The notes beneath the pieces are model-generated. The model saw only the letters and a program-made list of their open reading frames with translations, ran no database searches and was not told the DNA's origin. Of a stretch of 64,000 bases of DNA, positions 1 through 18,558 are shown one piece after another. A program made the translations under genes and the position numbers. Within the stretch, counting starts at the first letter, position 1; every line of letters begins with the position of its first letter. The stretch is from Eledone cirrhosa (lineage: Eukaryota), in NCBI GenBank assembly GCA_964016885.1, contig OZ024741.1:15872001-15936000 (forward strand), in the 5' to 3' direction.

Positions 1-161
1 ACGTTTCCACGAACCAAAGTATCGTCTTCCTGTCTTCCTCCGGTTGTAACGTTTTTTGAAATATCCAGTTCTGCGTTTACAGATTGACTTTGTTAGTTTC
101 AGAAGATCCCGTTAAGGGTGAAAGCAGCGATTCTTTGCTTAAACTTTAATCTGTTATTTTA

Positions 162-205
<44 letters not shown>

Positions 206-561
206 CGATCGTATGGGGAGTGAGATTTTCAATATGTCTCATATAAAATAATACACCCAATTATCCACACAATACAATATAGTTAGCACCCCAAACGTTT
301 AATTGGGAATATACTCCGGTAATTCCTAAAGTTTGTTGAGTGAGTTGGAAAATGGTCGGAGTATCGCTATTAGCTCTCTCCGTTTATGTATTTATGTATT
401 TATGTATTTATGTTATATATATATATATATAGCGGTCCTTTTCAGTTTTAACGTTATCCTCATTAGCATATAGATTTGGAAAAATGATATTCACTATCTT
501 CAATGAACTTATAACATGAAGTTCACATGAAGATATGTCACTATCTTTACACCAATTATTG

Positions 562-622
562 TATTTTATCTGACGAAAGCGTACTAAAATATTAGTACCC
601 TTGAAATACGTATAATAAAATA
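562..622 (+). ncRNA. Minimal type I hammerhead ribozyme motif (PLE-terminal type)
   Basis: TATTTTAT-CTGACGA-[AAGCGTACTAA..TTAGTACCCTT]-GAAA-TACGTA-TA-ATAAAATA. Both core boxes are present, stems I and II pair, and stem III is palindromic. Flanks resemble 35830-36020. Confidence 0.8.
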
Positions 623-882
623 AATATGGTTTTATAAAGATATTTTCCATTTATTAATATTATTTATATATATATATATCTTTCTTGTTATTTCAAGCGT
701 AAAACTAATATATTTCTCCAATGAAGTGTCGTTTGCTTTGTTATTTCTGTTTACTTTTTACACCCATCTCCATATATATATATATATATATATATAATTG
801 TATTAATATAAAGTATATATATATATATATAATTGTATTAATATAAAGTATATATATATATATATAATTGTATTAATATAAA

Positions 883-964
<82 letters not shown>

Positions 965-1587
965 GAACAAATATGGTTTTGGGATGAAAGAAATTAAATG
1001 TTTGCATTAATACACTTGTATACATTTGCTCCTCCTCCTTTATAATATTCCTCCTCACTGATATCTTCTCCTCTTCAAACCTTTATATATTATATAATTT
1101 AGTTATACCTTTTTTGGTAAAAACAAACTGGTAATTACATACTGTCGTTTTAATTCTCTACTTCCCTTTGAGAATTGAGAATTACTCAAAACACTCTACT
1201 ATGGTATTGCATACTTATTCTTGCCTTCGTCAAAACTAAACATGTATAATTCGACCGCTGCAGTTTGATGATATATGTCAGCACTATAGTAATTATTAGT
1301 GCAGGCTGCTAGTTGTATTTGTTCCATGAAGGTCGGGGTATGGTTTTGAAGGACGTAGTTTATTTTTACTTTTTCGTCTACGTAATTGTATAATGATTGG
1401 GGTTAAATGCAGGTTTATGGGTTTCATTTCCGTTTAAACAACGGCATTGGCGGTCTTAGCTATATATTCTCTGGAAATGGTCCGTAAACTATAAGTCGTC
1501 TGTGATTTGAGAAAGTCGATTAAGCAGGGACACCGGAATCACCATCAGAAAGAAACAAACGTTTTTTTTTATTTGAGTTAAAAACGG

Positions 1588-1715
1588 TTTCTAATTTAAA
1601 CACAAGGCCAGCAATTTGGAGGGAGGGGATAGTGAATTTAACAGACCCCAGTACTTGAATGGTACTTTTTTATTGATGAAAGGCAAATTTGACAGTGGAG
1701 GGATTTATACCCAGA
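1588..1715 (-). mobile_element. Degenerate tRNA-derived SINE (family A)
   Basis: cacaaggccagcaat...cccagtact..ggtactt..gatgaaaggcaaa matches the reverse complement of the SINE at 35186-35369. Confidence 0.6.
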
Positions 1716-1819
1716 AGTAAATAAGAGTGTATTGATAATGAAACTAAAGTTGAATCCCTCTGTCAACAACTGAGAAGAATGGAGCAAAGTTGTGGCTGGA
1801 TGTAAATCATTTTCAAAGA

Positions 1820-2060
1820 TAACTGCTCCAGTTGACTCAATCAGTGGAACTGGCTTCTCGTGAAATTAGCTTGTAAGTGGCTCAGCATTCTACAGGCACA
1901 TGCGCACTTAACGTGGTTCTCAAGGAGTTTCAGGGCGACCAAGGAATGACAATGCTAGCCCTTTAAATTACAGATAAAACTCATTTTTGTTAGCTGGGTT
2001 GACTGGAGCAACGTTATCAAACTGTCTTGGATTCGAACTCATGAACACCCTAACTATTAA
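1820..2060 (-). mobile_element. Degenerate SINE (family B-like)
   Basis: ctcattttt..agctgggttgactggagcaacg is shared with 3990-4135 and 52005-52125. Confidence 0.5.
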
Positions 2061-2429
2061 GACTTTTACTTTCGTTAATTAGTTAATTAAATGCTACCAA
2101 TCTGCGCATGTCACACACCGCATCACCACAACAAACCTGTGTAGACAATAGCTAAGTTCTATGTTCATTTTCAGTTCATAAAAGATATTTTAAAGCAAAA
2201 TGTTTTAAAATAAAAAATAAGAAATTAAATGTTCTTTTTAAATTATTATTTTGCGTATTTTTTGGTAATTATTGCGCGAATACCAAATTGAAGACACCGA
2301 GTTTTGATTTTACACCTACCTCCCTTTTTCTGATTAATGAATGCTGAAGTTGTCGCATTAATGCACCAGCTCCCGCAATTCTTGCACTTATTATAATTCA
2401 GCCTCCTGCCTTCCATCACACGTGACAAC

Positions 2430-3230
2430 ACAGCCTCAAGAAATTTGAACTTCTCCACCTGCTTCAGTGGAACTCCTTTGCATAGGTTTTCTTAAGAGGT
2501 TGAGTATCTCAGTTTTCACAGCATTGATCTTCAATCCTGCCTTGTAGCACTCGGCATCAAACCTATCTAGTGCAAGTCGGAGATCACTTTCTGTCGCGTT
2601 AAGTAACACCATCTCGTCTCCAAATTCCAGCCGACTGGTTTTACACCTGCTAGTCATGATACAACTTTCAACCCGGCTGCTGATCACAATCTTACTCATG
2701 AAGATTAGGAACAGGAGAGTTGAGAGTATGCACCCTTGGCGGACTCCGTCTCAGACATTGGATGCTTTTGGTTTAGCACCATTCATCAGAACACAAATAC
2801 TAGCACATTGGTATAGATGCAATAGGGCAACAAGAAGCTGTCCAAGGACCTCCTACTCCTGCAGAAATATTCCCGTGGAATGTGGTCATATGCGTTTTCC
2901 AGGTCTGCGAAACCAGCACACACCTCCTGGAAATTCTTCCGCGTTTTCTCAAAGACTTGCTGCAATATAAATATTTGGCAGGCTGTTTTGCATCCGGGGA
3001 GAAAACCAAATTGTTTGTCAGCTAGCTTGGACACGAGAATGGCCCTACATCTCATTGCGAGACACTGAGCAGAGACTTTACATGGGAGACTTAACAAGGC
3101 TATCCCTGGATAATTTGAGCAATATTTCTTGTTTCTCTTTTTCAAAATTGGGATTATCACCCCCGATTCCGATTGCTTATGTGCATTTTCAGAGACACAG
3201 GCCAACAGGAAGGCACGAGGTAACGAGATA
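2430..3230 (-). mobile_element. Decayed RTE-clade LINE, RT region
   Basis: Frames encode VIIPILKK..NYPGIALLSLPCKV..QFGFLPG..QIFILQQV..FADLENAYD and, further on, GLKINAVKTE..EKFKFL. Frameshifted. Confidence 0.85.
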
Positions 3231-3384
3231 ATACCTATAGTCATGCATCTTGGGTAGTGACCAAAGGAATACAAGCGGCCGAAATGGTGAACCCCCGAAG
3301 GGTCTTGGGAGTAAAGTTACTCGAGAGAATGAGTAGCTCAGAGACCAGAGAGTCACTCCAGGTATAGAGGTTACTTCTCCTAAT

Positions 3385-3535
3385 TGAGAGATCACAGCTC
3401 CTATATTACGGATATGTGGTTAGAATGTCTCAGGAAAGAATCACTGGATAGATTTTATGGGCAAAAGCAATCGACAGGAGACCCAGGGGTAGAGTCGGGG
3501 TGATTTGGTTTAATAACATCAATCGTTGTGGCTGA
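3385..3535 (+). mobile_element. RTE-clade LINE C-terminal fragment, opposite orientation to 2430-3230
   Basis: Translates ERSQLLYYGYVVRMSQERITG*ILWAK..RRPRGR. Same family as 13085-13500. Confidence 0.7.
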
Positions 3536-3596
3536 AAACAACACGTTAAAATCTGTTTCCAAATAATTCGTATATACCATATGTTAATACGATATA

Positions 3597-3785
3597 ATTG
3601 TTTCTACGTTAGGCACAAGACCAGCAATTACCCAGTGTATTACTGGTACTTTATTTTATCGACCCCGTAAGGATGAAAGGCAAAGTTAACCTCGGCGGGA
3701 TTTGAACTCAAAATGGCAAGGGCCGTAACTCTATGCGTCAAAGCATGGCGTCCGACCCTCTCGCAATACTGCCAATCCACCGCAT
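3597..3785 (-). mobile_element. tRNA-derived SINE (family A)
   Basis: Reverse complement has the ggcggtggattggcag head, B-box-like gagttcaaatccc and core actttgcctttcatccttacggggtcgataaaataaagtaccag. Confidence 0.85.
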
Positions 3786-3984
3786 ATGTTAATACGATAT
3801 AATATTCTACAATATGTACATACATACAATCACATACACACACACACACTAACACATGTATGTATGTATGTATGCATGTAGGTATATGTGTGTGACAGCT
3901 CACACCTATGCAGGTTTAGCTGGCCTCCTCCAAGGTATATCTCGTTGGAGGTGTCTTGGGTGATTTAATGATAGGGACCCCAGT

Positions 3985-4133
3985 CCTATCATCTCATTTC
4001 TACAGCTGAGTGAACTGGAGTAACGTGAAATAAAGTGTCTTGCTCAAGGAAACAACCCATCACCCGGTCCGAGAATTGAACTCACAACCTTTCGATTGCA
4101 AGGCCAATGCTCTAACCACTAAGCCATGCGCCA
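3985..4133 (-). mobile_element. tRNA-derived SINE (family B)
   Basis: Reverse complement ggcgcatggcttagtggttagagc...gagttcaattc has Pol III A/B boxes. Body matches 63158-63275. Confidence 0.8.
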
Positions 4134-4398
4134 TCATGTATGTATGTATGAGTGTATGTATGTATGTATGTATGTATGTATGTATGTATGTATGTATTTA
4201 TGTCTGCATGCATGTATGTTTGTAAGTATCTATGTATGTGTGTGCATTAATGTACATATATTGTATGTAGACGTATGTAGACACGCGTAATCTGTATGTA
4301 GGCATGTGTGTGTATGTATGTATATAAGTATATATACTGGAATACATGTGTTTTAAAAGTAACATATATATTAAGAATTATCGCAGACAATCAAAATA

Positions 4399-9620
<5,222 letters not shown>

Positions 9621-10211
9621 TTTATATAGAAATGGCTTCAATCTTACTTCCACTGTTTCATTCGAAAGAATTGATCATTTCTTCGAATGAAATTATTCTA
9701 GTCCTCTAGAAGCTATTTCTATATTAAATGTTGTATATGCTCTACTAATGTATTGAGTGCCTTACTTACTGGGATTACCCTCGATTGACCCCGGGACTCA
9801 TATATATATATATAAGCCATACTCTGCAATTTGTTTTCTCGGGCTGTGCTAATACTTCGCTATGTAATGTTAGGTGTTTGCTTATATTTTAATCTTAAAC
9901 AACCACATCTGGCTGTAAAAGATGTGTTAAACCACATAGTTCTTATGTCATATAGTCCAGGAAAACAACTACTGATGCTGACTTTTCACTACTTATACAC
10001 ATTCTACATCGGTAATCTACAGATATTCTTTTATTCTTTTATTCTTTTACATTTTCACTGTTTTCAATCATTATTGCTTGTAATCAATTAGTCGATTATA
10101 TCGATCACATAAATGATTTTATCGATATCTTCTGATCGAACCGAGATATTCTACGACGTAAACGCAAGCACACACATACATGCCTCCTTCACTGTATTTG
10201 TCACCAAAACT

Positions 10212-11351
10212 ATGTCGCAAATTCACCATCCGATATCTTTTTCGCCTTAACTCTCCTGTTCCGAGCCGGTGTTACAGTAAAGCCAGAGTCCTGGTGTTTC
10301 TCCAGCGCAAGACGCATACAATAGTCCACTACGATGATAAAAAGGTAGGGAGCCACTGTATCTCCCTGGAGCACTCCAGCCAGTATCTCAAAGAACTCTG
10401 TCATCCCATCAGGTGTAATGACTTGGGCTTCAGTGTTGGTGTAGTGCAGTGATATCAGGTCCACTAGCTTCTTGGGGATTCCATAAGCCTGTAAGATCTT
10501 CATCAGGCAGTGAAGGAGGCAGAGGATTTGATGCAGAAGGTGGAGACTGTGTCGATGTGTGTGGGGCTGAGAATGAATGAGATTAAGACAAAATATCTGG
10601 TAGAGAATATTAACAAGCCAGAGAAGATTACTAATGTAGCCGGAAAGCCTCTAGAATTGGTTGAGGACTTCCTGTATTTGGGAGCAAAGATTGGGAATAC
10701 GGAAGATGATGTGGTCGAGAGGAAGAGCAAAGCCTGGGCGGCGTGCCACAGCTTGAGATCGGTGTGGAAGTCGGACCTTCGTAAAGACCTGAAGATCCGT
10801 CTCTTCGTTGCTGTAGTGGAGTCTGTGCTACTGTACGGGTCTGAGACTTGGACACTGACCAAGAAACTCACTCAGGTGGTGGATGGGTGCTACACGAGAA
10901 TGCTGAGGATGGCTCTGAACATTAATCAGTATACACTGAGGATGAAGAACTCAGAACTGTACGGGAGCCTCCCAAAAGTCAGCTCAAAAGTGACACAGAG
11001 GAGACTGAGGTTAGCTGGACATCCAGAGTTGACACTGCACTCAGTGCTCCTGTGGGAACCCCTACATGGACACACTAGAAGAGGAAGACCGAGGTTGGCT
11101 GGACATGCTCACCGACATCCAGAGTTGACACTGCACTCAGTGCTCCTGTTGGAACCCCTACATGGACACACTAGAAGAGGAAGACCGAGGTTGGCTGGAC
11201 ATGCTCACCGACATCCAGAGTTGACACTGCACTCGGTGCTCCTGTGGGAGCCCCTGCATGGACACACTAGAAGAGGAAGACAGAAGTTAACATATGTTGA
11301 TGCCCTACTGGAGAGAACTCGTCCATGGATCTCGGGAATTTTACCCGCCCT
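10212..11351 (+). mobile_element. RTE-type LINE, 5'-truncated, with inverted 5' segment (10212-10508 on minus)
   Basis: Minus: KILQAYGIP..GVLQGDTVAPYLFII..EFA. Plus: GLRMNEIKTK..FLYLG..LLYGSETWTL..RLRLAGH. Highly similar to 15370-16712 with the same 3' end. Confidence 0.92.
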
Positions 11352-11925
11352 ATATATATATATATGTGTGTGTGTGTATGTGTGTGTGTGTATGTGTGTG
11401 TGTTTGTGTGTATGTATTGCTCTGATATGCAATAAAAAGATGATACACTGAAGTATTCTTTGTTTACCCACACGAAGTCGTCTTCCTCACCGTTTAACGT
11501 ATGTATACACTCTAATCAGTTGAGTTCGAATTCTAATAATTCCTAACTTAATTAAATTATTTAGTGAGTGAGGAAATGACAGAAGATGTGGCAATTCTAT
11601 TTGATAAACTTCGTTCTATATTACAAAATTAAATTAAGGGAGTCATGTCCGAGACATGCGCCATATCCACTGTAGAATAAGCTCAAAGATTCCAACGAAT
11701 AGGTCCGAGCATTTTATATCAACTAGAAATTGATTGACATATATATATATCTAAAATAAATACATGAATTAAAAGGGGATTAAAAGGTATCTATATTTGA
11801 ATTTCTAGTTAAACCTTAATTAGTTACCTACCTAGCTGTGTATGCTTTCACACTTTACAAATTATCCCCTGTGATTGTTTCATGTGTTTATTTTAGATAT
11901 ATATACATGTCAATCAATTTCTAGT

Positions 11926-12019
<94 letters not shown>

Positions 12020-12720
12020 TCTGAATTCTGACACCCCAGCGAACTAACCATAATCACTGAACCAGAACAATTCTCCCATCCCTTTCTCTTGACCATTATC
12101 TTTTTATCAACAAATTCTCTAAAAAGGCTAGAGAATGGATTTCCAAATAAGGGCACAAAAATTTAATGAAAATTTGTTCACGTGACAGCCATAATTTCAT
12201 TTATAACCAACCAAAAAAAAGCCTTCGTGAGCCTCCTTTTTTCAAGTAAAAAGAAATTCAAACACTCATATATGAAAAAACAACCTGTGAGAACCCCCCC
12301 CCCCTCTTATTTGAAGAACTATTGTAACGCGAACTGGCGCGAAATTTATTATAATTATTGACAAACCAATCAAATTACTTCTCGAAAAACCTGGCATTTC
12401 GAGCCACTTTTTCCATATAAAACAAGTAACATTCAGAGACCAACCAGATGTGAGAAAAACCATAGACCCTCCATCTCAACTCACCTTTTGAAAAGCAGAA
12501 GAACTGCGAAACCGGTAAAGGAACCAAATAAATATATATATTTTTTAAAAAAATAAGACTCCAGTTGCATTTTCGATTTCATCTCTTTTTCTTTATACTT
12601 TCACTCGTGTAGGACACCTCGGTTATTTCTCATTTTGTAAAAAAAACCTCACTTTCTAATATATATATATATATATTAATTCAAAATATTAACAAAATAG
12701 ATATTCTTGTGATCAATTAT

Positions 12721-12785
12721 ATTTTATTATACATATTTCAGAGGTACTGAGTTAAGTTTAACAGTACGTCCTCATCAGATAAAAT
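12721..12785 (-). ncRNA. Type I hammerhead ribozyme motif
   Basis: Reverse complement ATTTTAT-CTGATGA-[GGACGTACTG..CAGTACCTCT]-GAAA-TATGTA-TA-ATAAAAT. Confidence 0.8.
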
Positions 12786-12923
12786 AGGATGATGCATGTA
12801 TATTCATTGAACCTTGTTTAACTTTTAAATATATATATATTGCACGTTAATTTCCTGAGTATGTTGTTCCGTTGATAGATTCACCTGGATGGAACACTCG
12901 TTGTTGAACCCGACTGAGATGCA

Positions 12924-12924
<1 letters not shown>

Positions 12925-12954
<30 letters not shown>

Positions 12955-13500
12955 CTTCTTCTTCTTCTTCTTCTTCTTCTTCTTCTTCTTCTTCTTCTTC
13001 TTCTTCTTCTTCTTCTTCTTCTTCTTCTTCTTCTTCTTCTTCTTCTTCTTCTTCTTCTTCTTCTTCTTCTTCTTCTTCTTCTTCACCCACTTATTCCTGA
13101 GCGGTTCGTCGGGGCAGTGAATCCTGTCAGAAGCAACTGTCTCTAATTGATCTGCCTGGATACCCATGTGAGACCAGTCAAGCTAATGGATGTTATCCAA
13201 CCATCTTGCTCGGGATCTACCCTTGGGTCTCCTGCCAGTTGAATTTGTTGGTAAATATCTGTCCAGTGATTCCTTCCTGAGACATTCTAACCACATGCCC
13301 GTTATGTCGAAGCTGTGATCTCTCAATTCGGAGAAATAGCCGCTCTACCTGGAGCGACACTCCGATCTCAGAGCTACACACTCTATCGAGAAACGTTAAT
13401 CCAAAATCCCTTCGGAGGAACCCCATTTCTGCCACTTGTATTCACGATTGTATTCATTACCCAAGATTCATGACAATAGTTAAGGATTGAAGAAAGCGAG
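12925..13500 (-). mobile_element. RTE LINE 3' fragment with long (GAA)n tail (12925-13084)
   Basis: AEMGFLRR..GLTFLDRV..ERSQLRHNGHVVRM, with a 3' end ggaataagtgggt followed by (gaa)n. Confidence 0.85.
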
Positions 13501-13834
13501 TTTGACTTTTACACCTACCCACTTCTCCTGACCCAGTAACTAAACAACACCATAGCCTCCACCAACCCAATGGTAGACATGTATATCGCTGACCACAGTT
13601 CTCCAACATAAATACTCTACATATAACTATGATCTATAACGCTGCTAACTTAACACCTATGATACTCTCGAAACCGACGCTGTTTTTACAATTCAAACAT
13701 ATCTGAAAATATTTATATTTCTCTGAAAAATGTCCTCGGAATTTTATGGAAGAAACTTTGTTAAGTTATGTTCCAATCTCCAACTAGTACTGAGAAATGT
13801 AGTTAGATTAGTAAATCTTCATTATTCTTAATTA

Positions 13835-13965
13835 TTACGGCCCTTTATGGTCTGAGTTCAAATCCCGCCGAGGTTAACTTTTCCTTTCATCCTTACGGGT
13901 CGATTAAATAAGTACCAGTAATACACTTGGATAATTGCTGGCCTTGTGCCAAAAGTAGAAACAAT
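13835..13965 (+). mobile_element. tRNA-derived SINE (family A), partial
   Basis: tctgagttcaaatcccgccgaggttaacttttcctttcatcc..gtaccag..gtagaaac. Confidence 0.8.
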
Positions 13966-14013
13966 TATTCTTGGTTATTTCCAAAATGATTTGAAACTTA
14001 TAACCAATGTCTT

Positions 14014-14213
14014 NNNNNNNNNNNNNNNNNNNNNNNNNNNNNNNNNNNNNNNNNNNNNNNNNNNNNNNNNNNNNNNNNNNNNNNNNNNNNNNNNNNNNNN
14101 NNNNNNNNNNNNNNNNNNNNNNNNNNNNNNNNNNNNNNNNNNNNNNNNNNNNNNNNNNNNNNNNNNNNNNNNNNNNNNNNNNNNNNNNNNNNNNNNNNNN
14201 NNNNNNNNNNNNN
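14014..14213. other. Assembly gap (200 N)
   Basis: Run of N. Confidence 1.
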
Positions 14214-14392
14214 TGTATACCCTCTCGTTTTTCTTTCATAATCTTCATTTCTCTCTTTACTACACAGTAAATACAGATCGATGTTTTTATATAAACATAT
14301 ATATATGAATGTGTGTATGTGTATGTGTGTATGTATGTATGTATGTATGCATGTATGTATGTATATATATATATGTAGATATATATATATGT

Positions 14393-14465
<73 letters not shown>

Positions 14466-15104
14466 CACACATACATACATTCATACACACATACACACAT
14501 ACACAATTAACTATACACACACACATATAATATTGATATATCTTTTTTCATTATTTTTGTATCATACATTTTTTCAATCCGGGATTGAAAACTTTCGACC
14601 CCCACCCCGCCTCTCACAACCCCCAACCCGCTCTCCCAACCACCCACCCCACCTCGCCAACGTCTCCTCCACCCAACCCTCATTCTTTCATCTATTCTTC
14701 CCTCTATATCTAAGTTTTGTTCTCATTCTTCTGGGGGATGGGTGACGGCTCCAAGTTCTTTGGTTGTGGTTCAATGAAATAATTTCATTTTAAGCAATTG
14801 GGGATATTTCTTAGCAAAATATGGACGACATGACGTCATACAAGAACGAACGAAAACGAGGCAACCGGTTAAGAATATCGGCTGTTGTCGTTGTTGTTGT
14901 AGTTGTTGTTGTAGTTGTTGTTGCCGATGTTACTGAAGAAGAAATTGTTCTGTAGTTGTGTTTGGCAAGAATGCTGTTACGGAAGAGTGCAGTTGATATA
15001 TATATATATTTTACGCACACACAGATATATATATATATATATATATGAGTGTGTGTTTATACATATATATATTATACTATATTATAAATATATATCTATA
15101 TGTC

Positions 15105-15175
<71 letters not shown>

Positions 15176-15198
15176 GTGTGTGTGTGTGTATATTTATA

Positions 15199-15250
<52 letters not shown>

Positions 15251-15369
15251 TATAAATATACACACACACACATACACACACACACATATATATATATATA
15301 TCTTTTTGGCTCTCTGAAGCACCTCTGGTGATTATGATGATAACATCCTGGAGTTCTGTAACCGGGCAC

Positions 15370-16712
15370 TGGAGAAAAATAGTTTCCCCGAATCAGTGGA
15401 GGATCAGTAACATCGTCCCAGTGCCAAAGAAGGGAGATCTCTCTAACACCAACAACTACAGAGGGATCTCACTGACGTCACTTGTGGCAAAGACCCTCAA
15501 CAGGATGATTCTTAACAGGATCCAGCCCGAGATGGAGAAAAAGCTCAGGGACAACCAGAACGGCTTCAGAGAGGGAAGGTCAACCACCAGTCACATCCTG
15601 ATGCTGAGGAGGATATTAGAGGGAGCTAGAGCAAAGTTCCTTCCTGCGGTCATGGTTTTCATTGACTTTAGGAAGGCCTTTGATTCTGTGGACCGTCACT
15701 GCCTGATGACGATCTTACAGGCTTATGGAATCCCTAGGGAGATAGTGGACCTGATATCACTGCTCTACACCAACACCAAACCCCAAGTCATTACACCTGA
15801 TGGGATAACAGAGTTCTTTGAGATACTGGCTGGAGTGCTCCAGGGAGATACATTGGCTGCCTACCTTTTTATCATCATAGTGGACTATTGTATGCGCCTT
15901 GCACTGGAGAAACACCAGGACTCTGGCTTTACTGTAACAGCGGCTCAGAGCAGGAGAGTTGAGGCGAAAAAGATATCGGATGCTGAATTTGCCGACGACA
16001 TAGGATTTGATGCAGGGGTTGGAGACTGTGTCGATGAGTGTGGGGCTGAGAATGAATGAGATTAAGACGAAATATCTGGTAAAGAATATTAAGAAGCCAG
16101 AGAAGATTACTAATGTAGGCGGGAAACCGCTAGAATTGGTGGAGGACTTCCTGTATTTGGGATCAAAGATTGGGAATGCGGAAGATGATGTGGTCGAGAG
16201 GAAGAGCAAAGCCTGGGCGGCGTGCCACAGCTTGAGATCGGTGTGGAAGTCGGACTTTCGTAAAGACCTGAAGATCCGCCTCTTCGTTGCTGTAGTGGAG
16301 TCTGTGCTGCTGTATGGGTCTGAGACTTGGGCACTGGCCAAGAAACTCACTCAGGTGGTGAATGGGTGCTACACGAGAATGCTGAAGATGGCTCTGAACA
16401 TTAATCAGTATACACTGAGGATGAAGAACTCAGAGCTGTACGGGAGCCTCCCAAAAGTCACCTCAAAAGTGACACAGAGGAGACTGAGGTTAGCTGGACA
16501 TGCACACCGACATCCAGAGTTGACACTGGACTCAGTGCTCTTGTGAGAGCCCTGCATGGATAAACTGGAAGAGGAAGACCGAGGTTAACATTTTCTGATG
16601 CCCTAAGGACAGACACTGGTCTGTTGGAGACGCAGGACATGGCAGCGATAATGAGGGACAGAGACCGCTGGAGAGAACTCGTCCATGGATCTCGGGAATT
16701 TTACCCGCCCTA
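15370..16712 (+). mobile_element. RTE-type LINE, 5'-truncated, RT pseudogene
   Basis: IVPVPKKGDL..NYRGISL..QNGFREGRST..FIDFRKAFDSV..GVLQGD..EFADDI. A short deletion causes a frameshift at ~16003 and there is a stop at 16546. Ends in (TA)n. Confidence 0.93.
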
Positions 16713-16713
16713 G

Positions 16714-16785
<72 letters not shown>

Positions 16786-16799
16786 ATATATTATATTAT

Positions 16800-16968
16800 T
16801 CGGTAGAGGGTCGGACAACATGCTTTGCAGCACAGAGTTACGCCCCTTTCTGATCTGAGTTCAAATCCTGCCGAGGTTAACTTTGCCTTTCATCCTTACG
16901 GGGTCGATAAAATAAAGTACCAGTAATGTACTGGGATAATTGCTGGCCTTGTGCCAAAAGTAGAAACA
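16800..16968 (+). mobile_element. tRNA-derived SINE (family A)
   Basis: Matches 35186-35369. Confidence 0.85.
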
Positions 16969-16989
16969 GCTATATTATATATAATTGTT

Positions 16990-17322
16990 TTCTTCTTCGT
17001 CCACTTATTCCTGGGAGTGACGTCGGGAAGAGTCTTCATACACGCCATCTAGCGAGACCTGTCAGAAACAACCATTTATAATTGAACTCGCTGGATCCCC
17101 AAGTGAAACCACCGAGTTGATGGGTGTTATCTAACCTTGGGTCTTCTGTCGGGGTCCTGCCGTTTGTTTTGCTTGTAAAATCTGTCCAGCGATTCTTTCC
17201 TGAGACATTCTGACCACATGTCCATAATACCGGATCTGTGATCTCTCAAATCGGAGAAATAACTGCTCTACCTGCAGTGACTCTTGATCCCAGAACTCTG
17301 TGCTCTATCGAGTAAGGTTACT
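16990..17322 (-). mobile_element. RTE LINE 3' fragment
   Basis: Homologous to 13085-13400 (ccacttattcctg, ctgagacattct, ctgtgatctctc), with a short GAA tail. Confidence 0.8.
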
Positions 17323-17382
17323 AAATATCTAGCTTGCTAGCTATATATCTATCTATTTAGCTGGCTATCTATCTACCTATCT

Positions 17383-17476
17383 TTTTTTTATTAATAGTTT
17401 TATTTTCATATACCTGTATGTAAACTCCCCATTTGTATTTGTCCCCTTTTGAGCCCTTGTGGCTAATAAAGAAATG
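17383..17476 (+). mobile_element. 3' terminal fragment of the Tx1/L1 family, between (ATCT)n tracts
   Basis: gtaaactcccc.tttgta.ttgtccc.ttttga.gccct.gtggc.aataaagaaat matches the reverse complement of 46700-46760. Confidence 0.75.
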
Positions 17477-17551
17477 TATCTATCTATCTACCTATCTATC
17501 TATCTATCTATATATTTATCTATTGCTCATTGGTATTATTTGTCATCATTA

Positions 17552-17648
17552 TACAAGAGTCTGATGAGCTATTAATTCTAGAGTCGAACCCGATCGGTAC
17601 AGATTAAACCTTGAGCTGATTAATCGCGAAACGCGCGTCACACCTGAA
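17552..17648 (+). ncRNA. Hammerhead ribozyme motif with long stem II, stem I partly decayed
   Basis: CTGATGA-GC(TATTAAT..ATTAATC)GC-GAAA-CGCGCG-TC, giving a GUC cleavage triplet. Confidence 0.65.
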
Positions 17649-17689
17649 TATGATACTCTGACACCTCGTTCCCACTTATTATTATTATT

Positions 17690-17865
17690 TTGGCAGTATC
17701 GGTAGAGGGTTGGGCGCCATACTTTCTAGCATAGTTACGTCCCTTTACGGTCTGAGTTCAAATCCCGTCGAGGTTAACTTTGCCTTTCATCCTTACGGGG
17801 TCGATAAAATAAAGTACCAGTAATGTACTGGGATAATTGTTGGCCTTGCGCCAAAAGTAGAAATA
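17690..17865 (+). mobile_element. tRNA-derived SINE (family A)
   Basis: Matches 35186-35369. Confidence 0.85.
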
Positions 17866-17915
17866 ATAATAATAATTATTATTATTATCATTATATATAT
17901 ATATATATATAAATA

Positions 17916-17972
<57 letters not shown>

Positions 17973-18191
17973 TCTCATTTTAATTTATATTTTTAATTAT
18001 TGTGTGTCTACCCAGCCTTCCATAGGTTATAGATTCCATACACTGGTGGTTTTCCCTGTTTTATTGATGGCACACTATCTCTCTCTAGTGTGTTACCCTT
18101 TCAACATATTGTATTTTATATATATATATACATATAGGATCTAGCTGTCGAAACGACCGGAGCTTTGCCGTCGGGGTCTTGATTCTTTTCC

Positions 18192-18280
<89 letters not shown>

Positions 18281-18500
18281 ATACATATGAAGAGAGAGAG
18301 ACAAAGAGTGGGGGTGTATGTACAAGTATGTGAGAGATAAAGAAAAAGAGAGAGACGCAATTGGTAGAATAGAAGAAAATTATAAAATTGGTGAGAGACC
18401 AGGGGTGGGTACGATAGATAAGAGAGAGAAAGAAGGAGCAAGGGATACATATATATATATAAATTGAGTCCAGATACATCACTGATTTTTCGTTTTATAT

Positions 18501-18558
<58 letters not shown>

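Noticed and set aside
4060-4133. tRNA gene (also 63158-63230)
   Set aside because: A/B boxes are present, but the sequence continues into a repeated SINE body and a clean cloverleaf is lacking.
12847-13167. Poly-K/E/L ORFs (also 52542-52812)
   Set aside because: (CTT)n tracts. The first is a LINE tail.
14831-14838. CRE site TGACGTCA as a promoter
   Set aside because: A single 8-mer is expected by chance in 64 kb and there is no linked gene evidence.
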